Assembly (NCBI RefSeq): GCF_009914755.1
Contig: NC_060927.1
Length of the DNA: 64,000 nucleotides
Direction: 5' to 3' (one strand)
From: the human T2T-CHM13v2.0 reference genome, Homo sapiens
The position numbers and the translations under genes were made by a program. The notes beneath the pieces were generated by a model. The model ran no database searches, was not told the origin of the DNA, and worked only from the letters and a program-made list of their open reading frames with translations. Below are positions 16,571-30,700 of this stretch, piece after piece; position 1 is the first letter of the stretch, and every line of letters starts with the position of its first letter.

Positions 16571-17191
16571 GTATAAATATGACCCATATTATCAGTTGTA
16601 GCATATGCATCAGATACAAAAATAATTATAGTATAAGAGTACTAAGATACTAACTATACCTTATTATATATTACATATTTTGTATTTTACTATAATCTTA
16701 TCTGGTTCACATATATAATGTAATTTAATCTTTATAAATTTTCTGTATTTTGATCATTATTTTAGATAGTTATTTATTTTTAAAGGTTATCCAATAAACA
16801 TACATGAATAACCCAAAATAAACCAAATACTGGAATTCTTAGTCTGTTGTTCTCTTCACTCTGCTACTTAGCTTGATACAGGCAATAAGTATTCTATGGA
16901 AATATGGAGGAGAAAACTGCAAACAGGAAATAGTGACTGGCTAAAATTTTGTCATTAGAAATGTTCAAATTTCTAATGGTATAAAAAAAGAGAAATATGA
17001 GGAGATGACAGATACTATAGCAGGCTTGGAAGAGAAACAAAACTGCTAAGCACTAGAGAAGCTACTGGAAAAAAGTTAAGAAGGAAAAAATATAGTATTT
17101 AATGATGAAAATAAGTACAATGAGGAAAATGGAATAATAATTGGTTTTGGTGATCTGGCATCATTAAATATTTTTGATAGAGTTGTTAGAG

Positions 17192-18257
17192 TATCGGGGG
17201 AACCCACCCCCAATATTTCAACATAGGTTCTTTCTGTTTTCCATAACTGTCAACAGGCTGAGAAATAAGGAGAAAGAGTACAAAGAGAGGAATTTTACAG
17301 CTGGGCCTCCGTGGGCGACATCACATATCGGTAGGACCATGATGCCCACCTGAGCCGCAAAACTAGCAGGTTTTTATTAAGGGTTTCAAAAGGGGAGGGG
17401 GTGTACGAATGGGGAGTGGGTCACAAAGACCACATGCTTCAAAGGGCAAAAAGGAGAACAAAGACCACATGTTTCTGAGGCCAATAAAGATCACAAGGCA
17501 AAGGGCAAAGCAAAGATCACAAGGCAAAGGCCAAAATAAAAAACTCCTGATAAGGGTCTATGTTCAGCTGTGCACGTATTGTCTTGATAATGCAACAACA
17601 GAAAACAGGGTTCAAGAACAGAGAACCAGTCTGACCTCAAATTTACCAGGGTGGGGTTTCTTCCCCACCCTAATAAGCCTGAGGGTACTGCAGGAGACCA
17701 GGGCATATTTCAGTCCTTATCTCAACTGCATAAGACAGATACTCCCAGAGCGGCCGTTTATATACCTCCCCCCAAGAATGCAATTCTTTTCCCAGAGTAT
17801 TAATTATCAATATTCATTGCTAGGAAAAGAATTTAGTGATATCTCTCTTATGTGCACATCCATTTATAGGCTCTCTGCAAGAAGAAAAATATGGCTCTAT
17901 TCTGCCCAACCCTGCAGGCAGTCAGACCTTATGGTTGTCCTCGCTTGTTACCTAAAACTGCTGTTATTCTGTTCTTTTTCAAGGGGCACTGATTTCATAT
18001 TTTTCAAACACACATGTTTTACAATCAATTTGTACAGTTAGATACAATTATCACAGTGGTTCTGAGGTGATGTACATCCTCAGCTTATGAAGATAACAGG
18101 ATTAAGAGATTAAAATAAGACAGGTGTAAGACATTATAAAAGTATTAATTTTGGGAACTGATAAATGTCCACATTAAAATGAAATCTTCACAATTTATGT
18201 TCCTCTGCCACAGCTCCAGCCAGTCCCTCCATTCGGGGTGCCTGACTTCCCACAACA
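17192..18257 (-). mobile_element. MER11 solo LTR (HERV-K11/HML-8)
   Basis: Minus strand begins TGTTGTGGGAAGTCAGG and ends GGTTCCCCCGATA; 1066 bp; perfect 6-bp TSD ttagag at 17186-17191 and 18258-18263. Confidence 0.92.
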
Positions 18258-18598
18258 TTAGAGCAAAAGATGGTTGCTCAGATGATTTACTAGAATATGT
18301 GAAGTGGAGGCCTTTGTTCCAAAGCTAGCAATATGCATTTTCCAACTTTTTGGTTTCTATTTGATATTGTCTTCTTCTGATTTAGTGATTGTATTTAATA
18401 TTTGTGTTGATTACATTTTATAAATAAAAAATGTGGTATTGGTGTTCATTCATATTCATAATATATGTAGATCTCTATTCCTACAATTAACCACTCTTTC
18501 TTTCTCCATACAGCAAGATTCCTCCATTATCTCATGTCATGTTTGAAAAGAGAAACTAAATGAGGAAGTTAGTTATAAGGGATTATCTAGAGCAGTAA

Positions 18599-18900
<302 letters not shown>

Positions 18901-19050
18901 CATCAGGTAGTTTTTAAAATTCCACATTACTAGTTCTCTTATCCAATATTCAGAAATCAAAATCAGGTTGGGAAGGTATGAATACCACAGATTTTTGTAA
19001 AATTGACTAGGTGATTCTAACACACAGTAAAATACTAGCAGCATTGCTCT
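18901..19050. mobile_element. MER5-like hAT-Charlie fragment
   Basis: 'ggtgattctaacacacag', 'gaaatcaaaatc' resemble MER5. Confidence 0.45.
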
Positions 19051-20913
19051 ACTTTATTTCCTCTACTGCCATGATTTCCTTGGGAGCTAAGAATGAGGTT
19101 GAAAGATCCAGAAGCATTATGAGAAATGCGCTTCTGAGATTGCCCAAACGACTTAGTATGCATGAATAGAAAAAGTAGAGAGAAACTCTAAATATCCACT
19201 TTCTCCGTTGCAATCCCCCAAATGTATGTTCTCTAAGCAAACAGTTATGGTAACCTTAGTGATTAGAAAAAATAGTATGCTCTGAAAATATTCAGCTCTT
19301 TACCTAAAATGGAATATGATGTTAAATTTGATGTTTGGTTTGGAAACTTGAATGAAAATGAAATGAAACAAGTCTATGAAGATTTTCTGCTAAGGATTCT
19401 CAATCAGTGAAATATATCCTCCATGTTTCTCTTTTACTCCATTTTCTGTATTCAGTATTGCCCCAATTTAAAGTTTTAATAAGTTGGTTGTATAAGAGAG
19501 TTTGAAAATATCATTGTGATAACGGGGTACCAAAGGACAAAAAAACCCGTCAGCTTTAAGGCTTATGTCCACAGGATGTTAGTAGACATAAGTCCTCAAA
19601 CTAATTTGCTGTTCTTTCAAGGTTTCTTTGTAATGAATCTTTCACAGACTTTTCCTGTCTCCTCACCCATCCATCCATAGGAAGGAATTAAGCTGTTGAG
19701 ACTAGGGATCATCTATGTTTTGATCTTTTCAAAAAATACACAGCAACTTTATATTATGACATGATATTAATAAATATGTACTTAATTATTGTTACTGTAA
19801 AATGTTTACATTTGTCACATCTTGAGTATAACAATAAGAGGTAGAAAAAAGTAGGAATTTTAGTAGTGCATTACTTCTAAAAGATAGAATTATAAATTCT
19901 TAAGCATATTGATTCGTTTTCTAAATAGGAGTTGAAGGGATACTACATTAGTGTTAAGAGAGAGACATTCTCAGATACTTTCAAACTTTCAGGTTGTTCA
20001 TTAATAATTATTCTAGCGTTGTGACACATAAGAAGAAAAAAATATATTGTCCTAATGTTCAGCAACATTTTCGTCTTCATAATGGCTTGAGTACCTCCCA
20101 AGACTATTCATATCTTATAAGTGGATAAATAAAACCCTATCCCAAAGCATGGAAAAACAGCAAACACATCCTGAATGATTCCCCCAAAGATTCTCCCTTT
20201 ACCAGTTTTATTTTTAAAATCTTGAAAGAAACAAAAGTTGATAAGCTGGTTTCATTCCAGGCTACATGTTACTGCAATAAACCCTACCAGGAAAGACACA
20301 TCAATGCTTGTGCTAAGTGTTTCCCTGTCCAATAATAAAGATAATCTGTCTTAATTCATTTGTATTAAATCAACTGTGAGCTCTGGGGTTTTCTATTAAC
20401 TAACTAGCTTCATAGATTTTTGCTATATCAGTGCTAAAAATAATTTGAGACCATCTTCTCCTACTATTTTGCTTGTGGTGTAAGAAGGTAAAATTAAGAA
20501 ATTAAGTAATTTATTCAAAACTTGATAGATAATCTGTGTAATGAGTAAAAGTTTATCAATAGAGATTTTTGTTTTCTCCATTTGTCAAAATATGTCCATT
20601 TTAACCTACACATCTGGAGCCAATGAAGTCCCCTGTACTTATATTCTAACTCAAAGGAATGTATTCTTTCATTGGAAATGTCAGGCCAGTTAGAAAGAGA
20701 AGATGGTTATAACAAGCTGTTAAAGACATAATACCAGTAATCACCGAACTTTCACACTCAGCTGTTGAGAAGCTGTAGGCCACTGACATTAATTTTTTCC
20801 TAGAAACAGGATTAATTTTCCACAGAACGCTAGAGAACAAGCTCAAATATGCAGAGAAATCACATTGTTTAAGGATACTTCCAATAGATTTGCCTAGATT
20901 CTCTATTTCCTAA

Positions 20914-21229
<316 letters not shown>

Positions 21230-21249
21230 TATCTTGGCCTCTTCTTGAT

Positions 21250-21430
21250 GTCCATCTTGTGAAAGTTATTTAACCTGTCTTTAATTCCTTATCTGGAATG
21301 TCAGCACAATTATATCTACTACATACAGAATTGTTGTTAGGATATAATAAATTTATTGAGACAAATGTATGAATTTCTTACCATAATGGCTAGCATGTAT
21401 TAGATGCCTAATAAATGTTATCTGTTGTGA
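21250..21430 (+). mobile_element. MIR 3' part
   Basis: 'aaagttatttaacctgtc...gaattgttgttaggat...ataaatgtta'. Confidence 0.65.
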
Positions 21431-23319
21431 TATGTCTTAGTTCTTTCTGGCATTTAGCCCTTAGCATAATGCACACATTAGGTCCTGGCTTAATGTGCAC
21501 TGATTATATGAATATATCTCACAACTATTTCTCCAAACATGTCCTCCTTATTTTCCTGTGTAATTTCTAAAAATATTTCTTTTATCTGGCAAACTCTTTT
21601 GTAATGAATCCTAAGCAAAACAGTCTGCTGACAGTCTTTATGATCAGGAACATTGTTTTAAAATTACTTTCATTCTGTATGGTAGTTTGGTTAGACATCC
21701 CATTATGTAATTGCTTATCATGAAAAGAATTCCAAAAGAGTTGAATTATTTCTGAAAAGATAATAACTCTATAGGAAAATATACTGTCAAAACATGTGTG
21801 TATGTATGTGTGTGTGAGTGTGTGTATTCTGTTCGCACAAAGGAGTATATTGTCTGGCTTACATACTATTATTTTTGGGAAATTTTTGTTTGGAACTCAC
21901 AAAATGTCATCTTTATTATGTTATCTAAATGTTAAATTTTTAAGTTAATTTTTGGTATCTTCTCATTGTACGTTTGCTTTAGCCAGCTGCTCAGCTTTCT
22001 TTTTATTGCTTTTCAAAGTCCATTTTGCATGTTTCCAGGCTCAAAGCTTTAGTTCTATTCAAACACACATTCACAGTTCCATGTGTTTATTTGAGTTTCC
22101 TATAACATGAAAATATATGCTTTTATTCCTCTTACATAAAGCATACTTTTACTTCTTAAAACATATTAGGTTTTAGTTAATTTCTCGGTCCTTGAAATTT
22201 TAACTCCCAAGTTAATTGATCTTTATTTTCTTTTACTTTGTTTTTTGATCTTGAAAGAAGAAATGTATATGGATGAAACTATAATACAGAACATTTATCT
22301 CTCATTATCTCATTTCTTTCTTCTTTTCTTATATCATTACCAAATTAAGAAATCTGTAACCTCTTTATTTTATGTTATTCAGAAATATTTCATTCACATT
22401 ATGTTTATTATTAATTATCATAATATACTTATTTAGTATTAGGATGTTATAAAAGGGACCTGAGATAAAATTATATTTAAACTATGGTAAAGGTTACAAT
22501 CCTAGTCATCCACACTGACTATCTATCCACGTACTTTTGAAAATATGGTAGTAAATTAAAAGCTTATTTTAATTGGAGGCATAGAGAAAGGCTAAATTAT
22601 ATCTACCAGCTTTTTATGACTAAAACAACTTTTTAAAGGTTATATAATCAAAGAATTCTGATCTCCTGCCTTCAATTCTATCATATGAGCAAATAAATAG
22701 ACAAAAGGTAAAAATTCTATTGTTTCCATCTCACCTTGCCTCACAGGGTTCATTCATCTTGCATTAAGGGAGTTATACAAATTAAGCGTGATTGTGGTAT
22801 GTTAGTCTTATAATTAGTATTTTCTAATTCTATTCAGAAGAGCCAACAACCTAGTGTTCTTAGTCACATTTGATCTACAAAGCAAGAAATTTACATGTGG
22901 TAAATGGCAGCACTTTCCAAAAGCAGTTAATCATTAAGGGAGAAGAAAGCCTCTTGGCATTTATTGTTCACAGCACAAGAGAAAGGTATTAATATGGCTC
23001 TAATTTTTCCATTCCAAAGGAATTTCTCCACAGTTTAACACAGATTAATGTCCAAATGCCATTAAGTGTTTCTACACCTTTCTGTTAAAGATTGGAGCCA
23101 TTATTATACAAACTGATGAAAGTTTTGTGCTGAAAATACAGGTCAGGTAACATTTGAAGGTACAAAGAAGCAATTAGAGATTTAAAACTATTGCTTTGTT
23201 ATCCTGCAGAGAAACAGGAGAACTTCTATTCTAGGAACTAATTAGCCACTAAATGAAAACGTCACTGACAAGTTGTCAGTAGTACCTTCTGCCTCTAGTT
23301 ACCTGAAAAGAAATGGTCG

Positions 23320-23792
23320 TGTCAACCTTAAATAATGAGATTTAGAAAACATAATTAAATATAGAGTTTATTCAAGCACAAAGCTTGAGGATAGCTGCCC
23401 AGAAACACCAACTCCAAACGAATAGGGTCAGCATTTCAAAGTGGAGAAGTTAAGTTTTACTTATATAGGCAAAGACAGAGAAGCTCCAGCAGGAGTACAT
23501 TTTCCATAAAACCAGTGTATATGCCACAGCGATTTGATTGTTCACCAGTTGTTACATTCCAAGAAATGTTACTTGATTACTCTGTGAGGAGAGGCAGTGA
23601 TCTGAGAGGGCCTTGTCTCTGCCACCACTTGGTCCTCCTAATTATTTACAAGAAAAAAAAAAAGCAAAAGTGGCAGCCACATGCCAGGTGACTCTGGCAG
23701 TATAGCCACATTCCTCTCAAGGCTCAGAATAATTTAAAGTTCCAACAGCTTTATCTTAGAGTTATTTTAGGTTTGTGTTATTTAAATTCACA
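23320..23792 (-). mobile_element. LTR37-like ERV1 solo LTR
   Basis: TG...CA termini; minus strand 'aaagctgttggaactttaaattattctgagccttgagaggaatgtggctat' matches recalled LTR37. Confidence 0.7.
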
Positions 23793-24341
23793 CCCATCAT
23801 GGATGACTTTAATTTTTTTGAGACAGGTAAAGACCATTTTAGCAACTTGGACAAGCAGGAATTGCCCGATTTTTTCTGTAGCAGGAATTGAAACAAATGA
23901 AAGACTCACCATCAACCTAGCTATTACCCATGTATAGCAATGTTAGCCATTGACTTGTAAAATTAAAGTGGTAAAAGATGAAAGTAGGAGAATATACTGC
24001 AATTGAGAAGAAAAGTAAGCACTTCTGTAACAGTAAGTGATATTTTGAAGTGAAACTGAAATCTGATTACTTTTCATCTCTCCAGGTTTCAGACTTTGTG
24101 GTCATTTTCAATTGTGTTATTATGAGGTCAATTTTTTTTTTCTTTTCCTTTATTCTCTTTTACCACCTCTTGCTTTTTTTGTCTTGTGTCATTAGTCCCA
24201 TTTTTTTTCCCCTATTCAAATGTCTACATTCTCCCCAAAGTAATGTCAGTGGCAATGTTTAGGTATGCTACTCTGTGAATCTGTTTTATAAGTAAAAATG
24301 TCAATCACACTTTAAATAATGGTGACCTGACATAAGTTATG

Positions 24342-24421
24342 TATACATATATTATATACGTTATATGTATATGTTATATGTGTGCGTGTGTGTGTGTATA
24401 TATATATAGAGATAGAGAGAG
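24342..24421. repeat. Compound (TA)/(TG)/(GA) microsatellite
   Basis: Direct reading. Confidence 0.85.
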
Positions 24422-24607
24422 AAAGAACAGGTTGGCAGGTTGGACACAAAGAAAAGAAATGGGACAAATTTTCATACTAATCAGCATTACTATTTAATGC
24501 TGATAATAATCAGCTTTAAATATAAATATCTTTTAAAATCAAGATGTCAGTCTTCCTCCAAGGACTTTTTGTGAAAGTGCTTTAAAAGTCTATTTAAATA
24601 TAAGTGG

Positions 24608-25631
<1,024 letters not shown>

Positions 25632-25984
25632 GTAGTAATGTACATGTGCTGTTTCTATTATTAGTGTTATTTTTGTGTCCCCTGATGCAAGCTAGATATA
25701 TGTTTTCCTCCCTTTTAACCATGCTCCATTTACATGTTTTTCTACATTGTAATATCAACCAGTTTGTAAATAAGGGCAATAAGGAAGTAGCTCCCATCTT
25801 ATATTTCATTATTTTTGCAACTATTTAATAAAAAAATTAAAAAATATTAAAGCAAACTAAGAAGAAAATGAACATTAGAATGAACCCTATGTTTTGGTAC
25901 AGAAGTAAAGCTTGCTATTTGTGTTATTGAACAAGATATTTGATCTTTACAACCTTTAATTTCTTCATTTGTAAATATAGAAAT

Positions 25985-26824
25985 TGGCAGAGCTCAGAAA
26001 GCACTACCCCAAAGGACTTCGAGCTGAAGGAGATTGTGACGGCTTCAGAAGCAAGAAAGTCACTCTGACCTTTCCCCACCTTTCTCTGTAAGAGCTGGTC
26101 ATAAAGGAATTTTCTGACCTACTTTTCCTGAAAGTTAGCCATTCCAGAGGGACCCTGCGCATACCCAGAGGGAAGGAATGCTACACAGAGAGGCCAAGAA
26201 GAATCTGGTTACCATAGGCTCACATAGGTAAGGGTAGGCGGGGGGATGGAAGGGATAAAGACAAGTTGGTTAATGGGTACAAAAATATGGCTAGGTAAAA
26301 GGAATATGTTGTAGTGTTCAATGGCACAATAAGGTGACCGCAGTTAAAAATAATTATTGTATACTTCAAAATAGCTAGAAGAGAGGTGTTGTAATGTTCC
26401 CACACAAAGAAATGATAAAAGTCATACGTAATGGATATTACTCTGATTTGATCATTACACAGTCTATGCATGTATCAAAATAACACATGTACTGCCTACA
26501 TATATACAATTATTATGGAGCCATAAAAAAGGAATAGAAATAGACAGGTCTTGCTATGTTTTCCATCCTCAGTCTACTACCATCAGATTCTAACTTTAGT
26601 CTAATCACATTTCTACATGGCTTTCCATTCTTCATCAATCCTAAGCATACATAACATTTTCTCTAGATCTTCGGGGTCTTCATTTCTGAAGACTCCCATG
26701 TCAAGTAAAATTTTGATTGAATAAATTTGCTGTTTTTCTTTTGTTAGCTTGCCTTTTGTTGTATGAGTTGTGCAATGACCCTTATGATGGCGAAGGATTG
26801 GTATCACACATTTTTGCCCCTACA
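25985..26824 (+). mobile_element. MER34-family ERV1 LTR inserted in a MIR
   Basis: 'gagctgaaggagattg...agaagcaagaaagtcactctgacc' to '...gcccctaca'; 4-bp TSD aaat at 25981-25984 and 26825-26828. Confidence 0.7.
26212..26531 (+). mobile_element. L1MA 3' end nested in the MER34-like LTR
   Basis: 'ttggttaatgggtacaaaaa...ttcaaaatagctagaagagag...ctgatttgatcattacac'. Confidence 0.8.
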
Positions 26825-27787
26825 AAATAATACCTAACTCAAATTCCTATGAAGCAGATTACATATGATGATTTTAAAATTATGCCAGACACATAATAGG
26901 CGCTTTATAAATACCACTAAAATAGGAATCAACCAATATTTTAATTTAATATGTGCAATACCGACATAGAGTGATTCACTACCATTTTAGACATTTGCTT
27001 AAAAATTTTTGCTTACATTGTTGGACAGATGGAATCCAACAATTTCAACTGTATTTTCTAAGCACTGAATGTAGAGCTCCATGCATTTGCTTTCAAAATC
27101 AGCTAGTAAATATAGCTCTTTGAGTATTTTAAAACACATACATACATACGCAATGCAAGTCTTTAAGAAGAAAAATATTAGTCTATGCTTCTTAAAAATA
27201 TTATTTAAAAGAATATAAAACAAAATGAATAATAAGGATAACTTCAACCTGGTTAAGAAATCAAGAAACATTTATAATATCAAAAGAAAATAATATTTTA
27301 ATTTTTCATTTTAATGTTATAGTCTTGTTTACCTGTTGCTTTGCTTTATCCTGCACGTTGCTATTCCTGACACATATTGATTCTTTTTCTCTGCTAGCAT
27401 CTGATTTTACATTATGTAACTAATTTCCGAGAAAAAATATTTGTTTTCTATAATATAATCATGTTGCCTCTTTTTGTTCAAAAAATAAATTCAAATGGAC
27501 ACTGGCTAAGATGAAGATTAAGTATAAATGTTTAATATTTCTATTTCTGAATTTTACTGGAATCAAAGGACAAAAAGAGAAGGATAATAAATTCTATAAA
27601 AATAGCATTAAAATCACCATCTGCTCTTAAAACTAAGAAAGAATGTCAGTTATATGCTAGATACTGAAAAAAGTGCTATCAATAATTAAAACTACCTTTA
27701 GGTTAAAGGAAGTATTAAGCAGACTGTTAACATATTATGGCGAACAAAATTAATATTATTTTGAGAGGTAAGTAAAAAAATGTGGTA

Positions 27788-30700
27788 AAAGAAACTTACT
27801 AATACTCTTAATCAGGTAAAGATCAGACTGCTGAGCACTCCGTGGATTAGCCCATTCCCTGGGGCAACAGAGAGCTTCTTCCAGTAAACAAGGATCAAGT
27901 ATATGCACAGTGATGTTGGCCACAGCAAGCTCTTATCCATAAATACCATCTACTGGTCTGTAGCTTGGACCCTATGGCCCAATATAAAACCTGCCAACAG
28001 AAATGCGTAAGACTGCAAAAGCAAAGTCAATACATCTTAATCAGCATTTTCTTCCGTCACACCCTCCAGGGAGTGGGGAAAGGGAAAGAAAAGCAAATCC
28101 TATCTGCACTGAAATAAGTACAAAAGTTAGAAGTACCAGTGTCTACAAATGAGAAGGAACCAGCACAAGAATTCTGGCACTATGAAAAATCTGAATGTTG
28201 TGACACTACCAAAGGATCACACTAGCTCTCCAGCAATGGTTCCTAAACAAAATGAAAATGCAGAAATGACAGATAAAGAATTCAAAATATGAATTGCAAG
28301 TAAGCTTAATGAGATCCAAGACAAGGTTGAAAATCAACACAAAGAAACTTCTAAATTAATCCAAGGAATGAGGGAAAATATAAAGATCTTAAAAAGTAGG
28401 CAATCAGAGCTTCTGGAATTGAAAAACTCACTTAAGTAATTTCAAAATACAGTTGAAATCTTTATCAATAGACTGGACCAAGCAGAAGAAAGAATTGTAG
28501 AGCTCGAAGACCAGGGTTTTGAAATAACACACTTAGACAAAAGTAAAGAAAAAATAACTTTTATAAATGAACAAAGTCTTTGAGAAATATAGTATCATGT
28601 AAAGTGACCACACTGTGAATTATTGGCATTCCTGAGAAAGAAGGAGAAAAAAATGAACAACCTGAAACACATATTTGAGGGAGTAATTCAAGAAAATTTT
28701 CTTAATATTGTTAGAGAAGTGGACATCTGAATACAAAAAATTCAGAGAATACCTATAAGATACTACCCAAAATGAATATCACCAAGGCATATAGTCACCA
28801 GACTGTTCAAGGTCAACACTAAAGAAAACATCTTAAAGGCAACTAGTGAGAAAGGTCAGATCATGTATGACAGGAACCACATCAGGGTAACAGTGGACTT
28901 CTCAGCAGAAACCTTACAAGCCAGAAGATATTGGGGAGACTGTTTTTGGCATTCTCAAACAAAAGAAATTCAAATCAAGACTTTCATATACCACCAAACA
29001 AAGTTTCATAAGCTATCAAAAAATAAAATAGTTTCCAGATAAGCAATAGCTTAGATAATTTGTCACCACTAGACCAGATCCTTCAGGGAGTTTTAAATAT
29101 AGAAATCCAATAATTAAACCTGTTACCACAGAAACACATTTAAGCACATAGCCCACAGACCCTATAAAGCAAATACACAACAGAAACTACAATGCAACCT
29201 GCTAACAACTTTATAATGGGATCAAAACCTCATATATCAATATTAATCTCAAATGTAAGTGATCTAAATGCCCCATTTAAAAGTCTCACAGTGGCAAGTT
29301 GTATAATACAAAAAAGACCCATCCATCTGCTGTGTTCAAGAGACCCATCTCACATGTAATGACACCGATAGACACAAGGTAAATAATTGAAGAAAGATAC
29401 ATCATGCAAACAGAAAACAAAAAAAAGCAGCAACCACTATTATTATAACAAATAAAACAAACTTTGAACCAAAAAGAAATAGTAAAAAGGGGAAAAAAAG
29501 ACATTTTACCTGATGATAAAAAGATCAATTCAACAAGAAGTCTTCACTAACCTAAATACATATGCACCAAACATCAAAGGACCCAGAGTCATTAAACAAG
29601 TACTTATAGACTTATAAAAAACTGTAGATAGCAACACAATAATAATAGGGGACTTCAACACCCCACTGACAGCATTAGACAAATCTTTGAGGCAGAAAAC
29701 TTAAAAAGAAATTCTAGACTTCAATTGTAAACTTGCCCAGTGGAATCTAATAAACATCTACAGGATACTCCACCCATTTACCACAGAATATACATTCTTC
29801 TCATGTGCACACAGTACATACTCTAAGCTCAACTACATTCTTAGCCATAAAACAAGGCTTTATAAATTAAAAAAAAAAGGAAATCATACCAACCATACTC
29901 TCGAACCAATAGAAAATAGAAAGCAATTCCAAGAAGATCACTCAAAATGGTACAAGTTCATGCAAATTATACAACTTGCTCCTGCCTTACTTTTGGGTAA
30001 ACAACAGAGTTAAGGCAGAAATTAAAAAATATTATTTAAAATAAATGAAAACAAAGACACAGCTGCCAAAATCTACGACATGTAGCAATAGCAGTGTTAA
30101 AAGAAAGTTTATAGCATTAAATGCCTGCATTGAAAAGTTAGAAAGATTTCATTTAATGAACTAAAATCACAACTACAGGAACTAGAAAAACAAGAACAAA
30201 ATAACCCCAAAGCTAGTATAAAAAAAGAATTAATTAAAATCAGAGTAAAACTGAATGAAATTGAGACCCCAAACTCTTACAAAAGATCAATTTAAACAAA
30301 AGTTGCTTCTTTAAATAGACAAACAAGATCAATAAACGGCTAGCTAGGTTAACAAAGAAACAAAGAGAGTAGATACAAATAAGCACAATCAGAAATGACA
30401 AAGGTGACATTGCCACTGATCTCACAGAAATACAAAAGGTCCTCAGTGACTATAATGAACACCTCTAGGCACACAGACTAGAAAATCTAGAGGAAATGGA
30501 TACATTGCTGGAAACGCACAAGCTCCCAAAATTGAATCAAGAAGAAATTGAAACTCTGAATAGATTCTGTAATTTAATCATTAATAAAAAACCTACCAAT
30601 CAAGAAAAAACCCTAGACTAGATGACTGTACAACTGAATTCTACAAGGCATACAAAGAAAAGCTGGTACCAATTCTACTGAAGACATTCTGCTCCCCCAC

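Noticed and set aside
17409-18041. 210-aa ORF, longest in the window
   Set aside because: Lies wholly antisense within the MER11 LTR; no recognisable protein features
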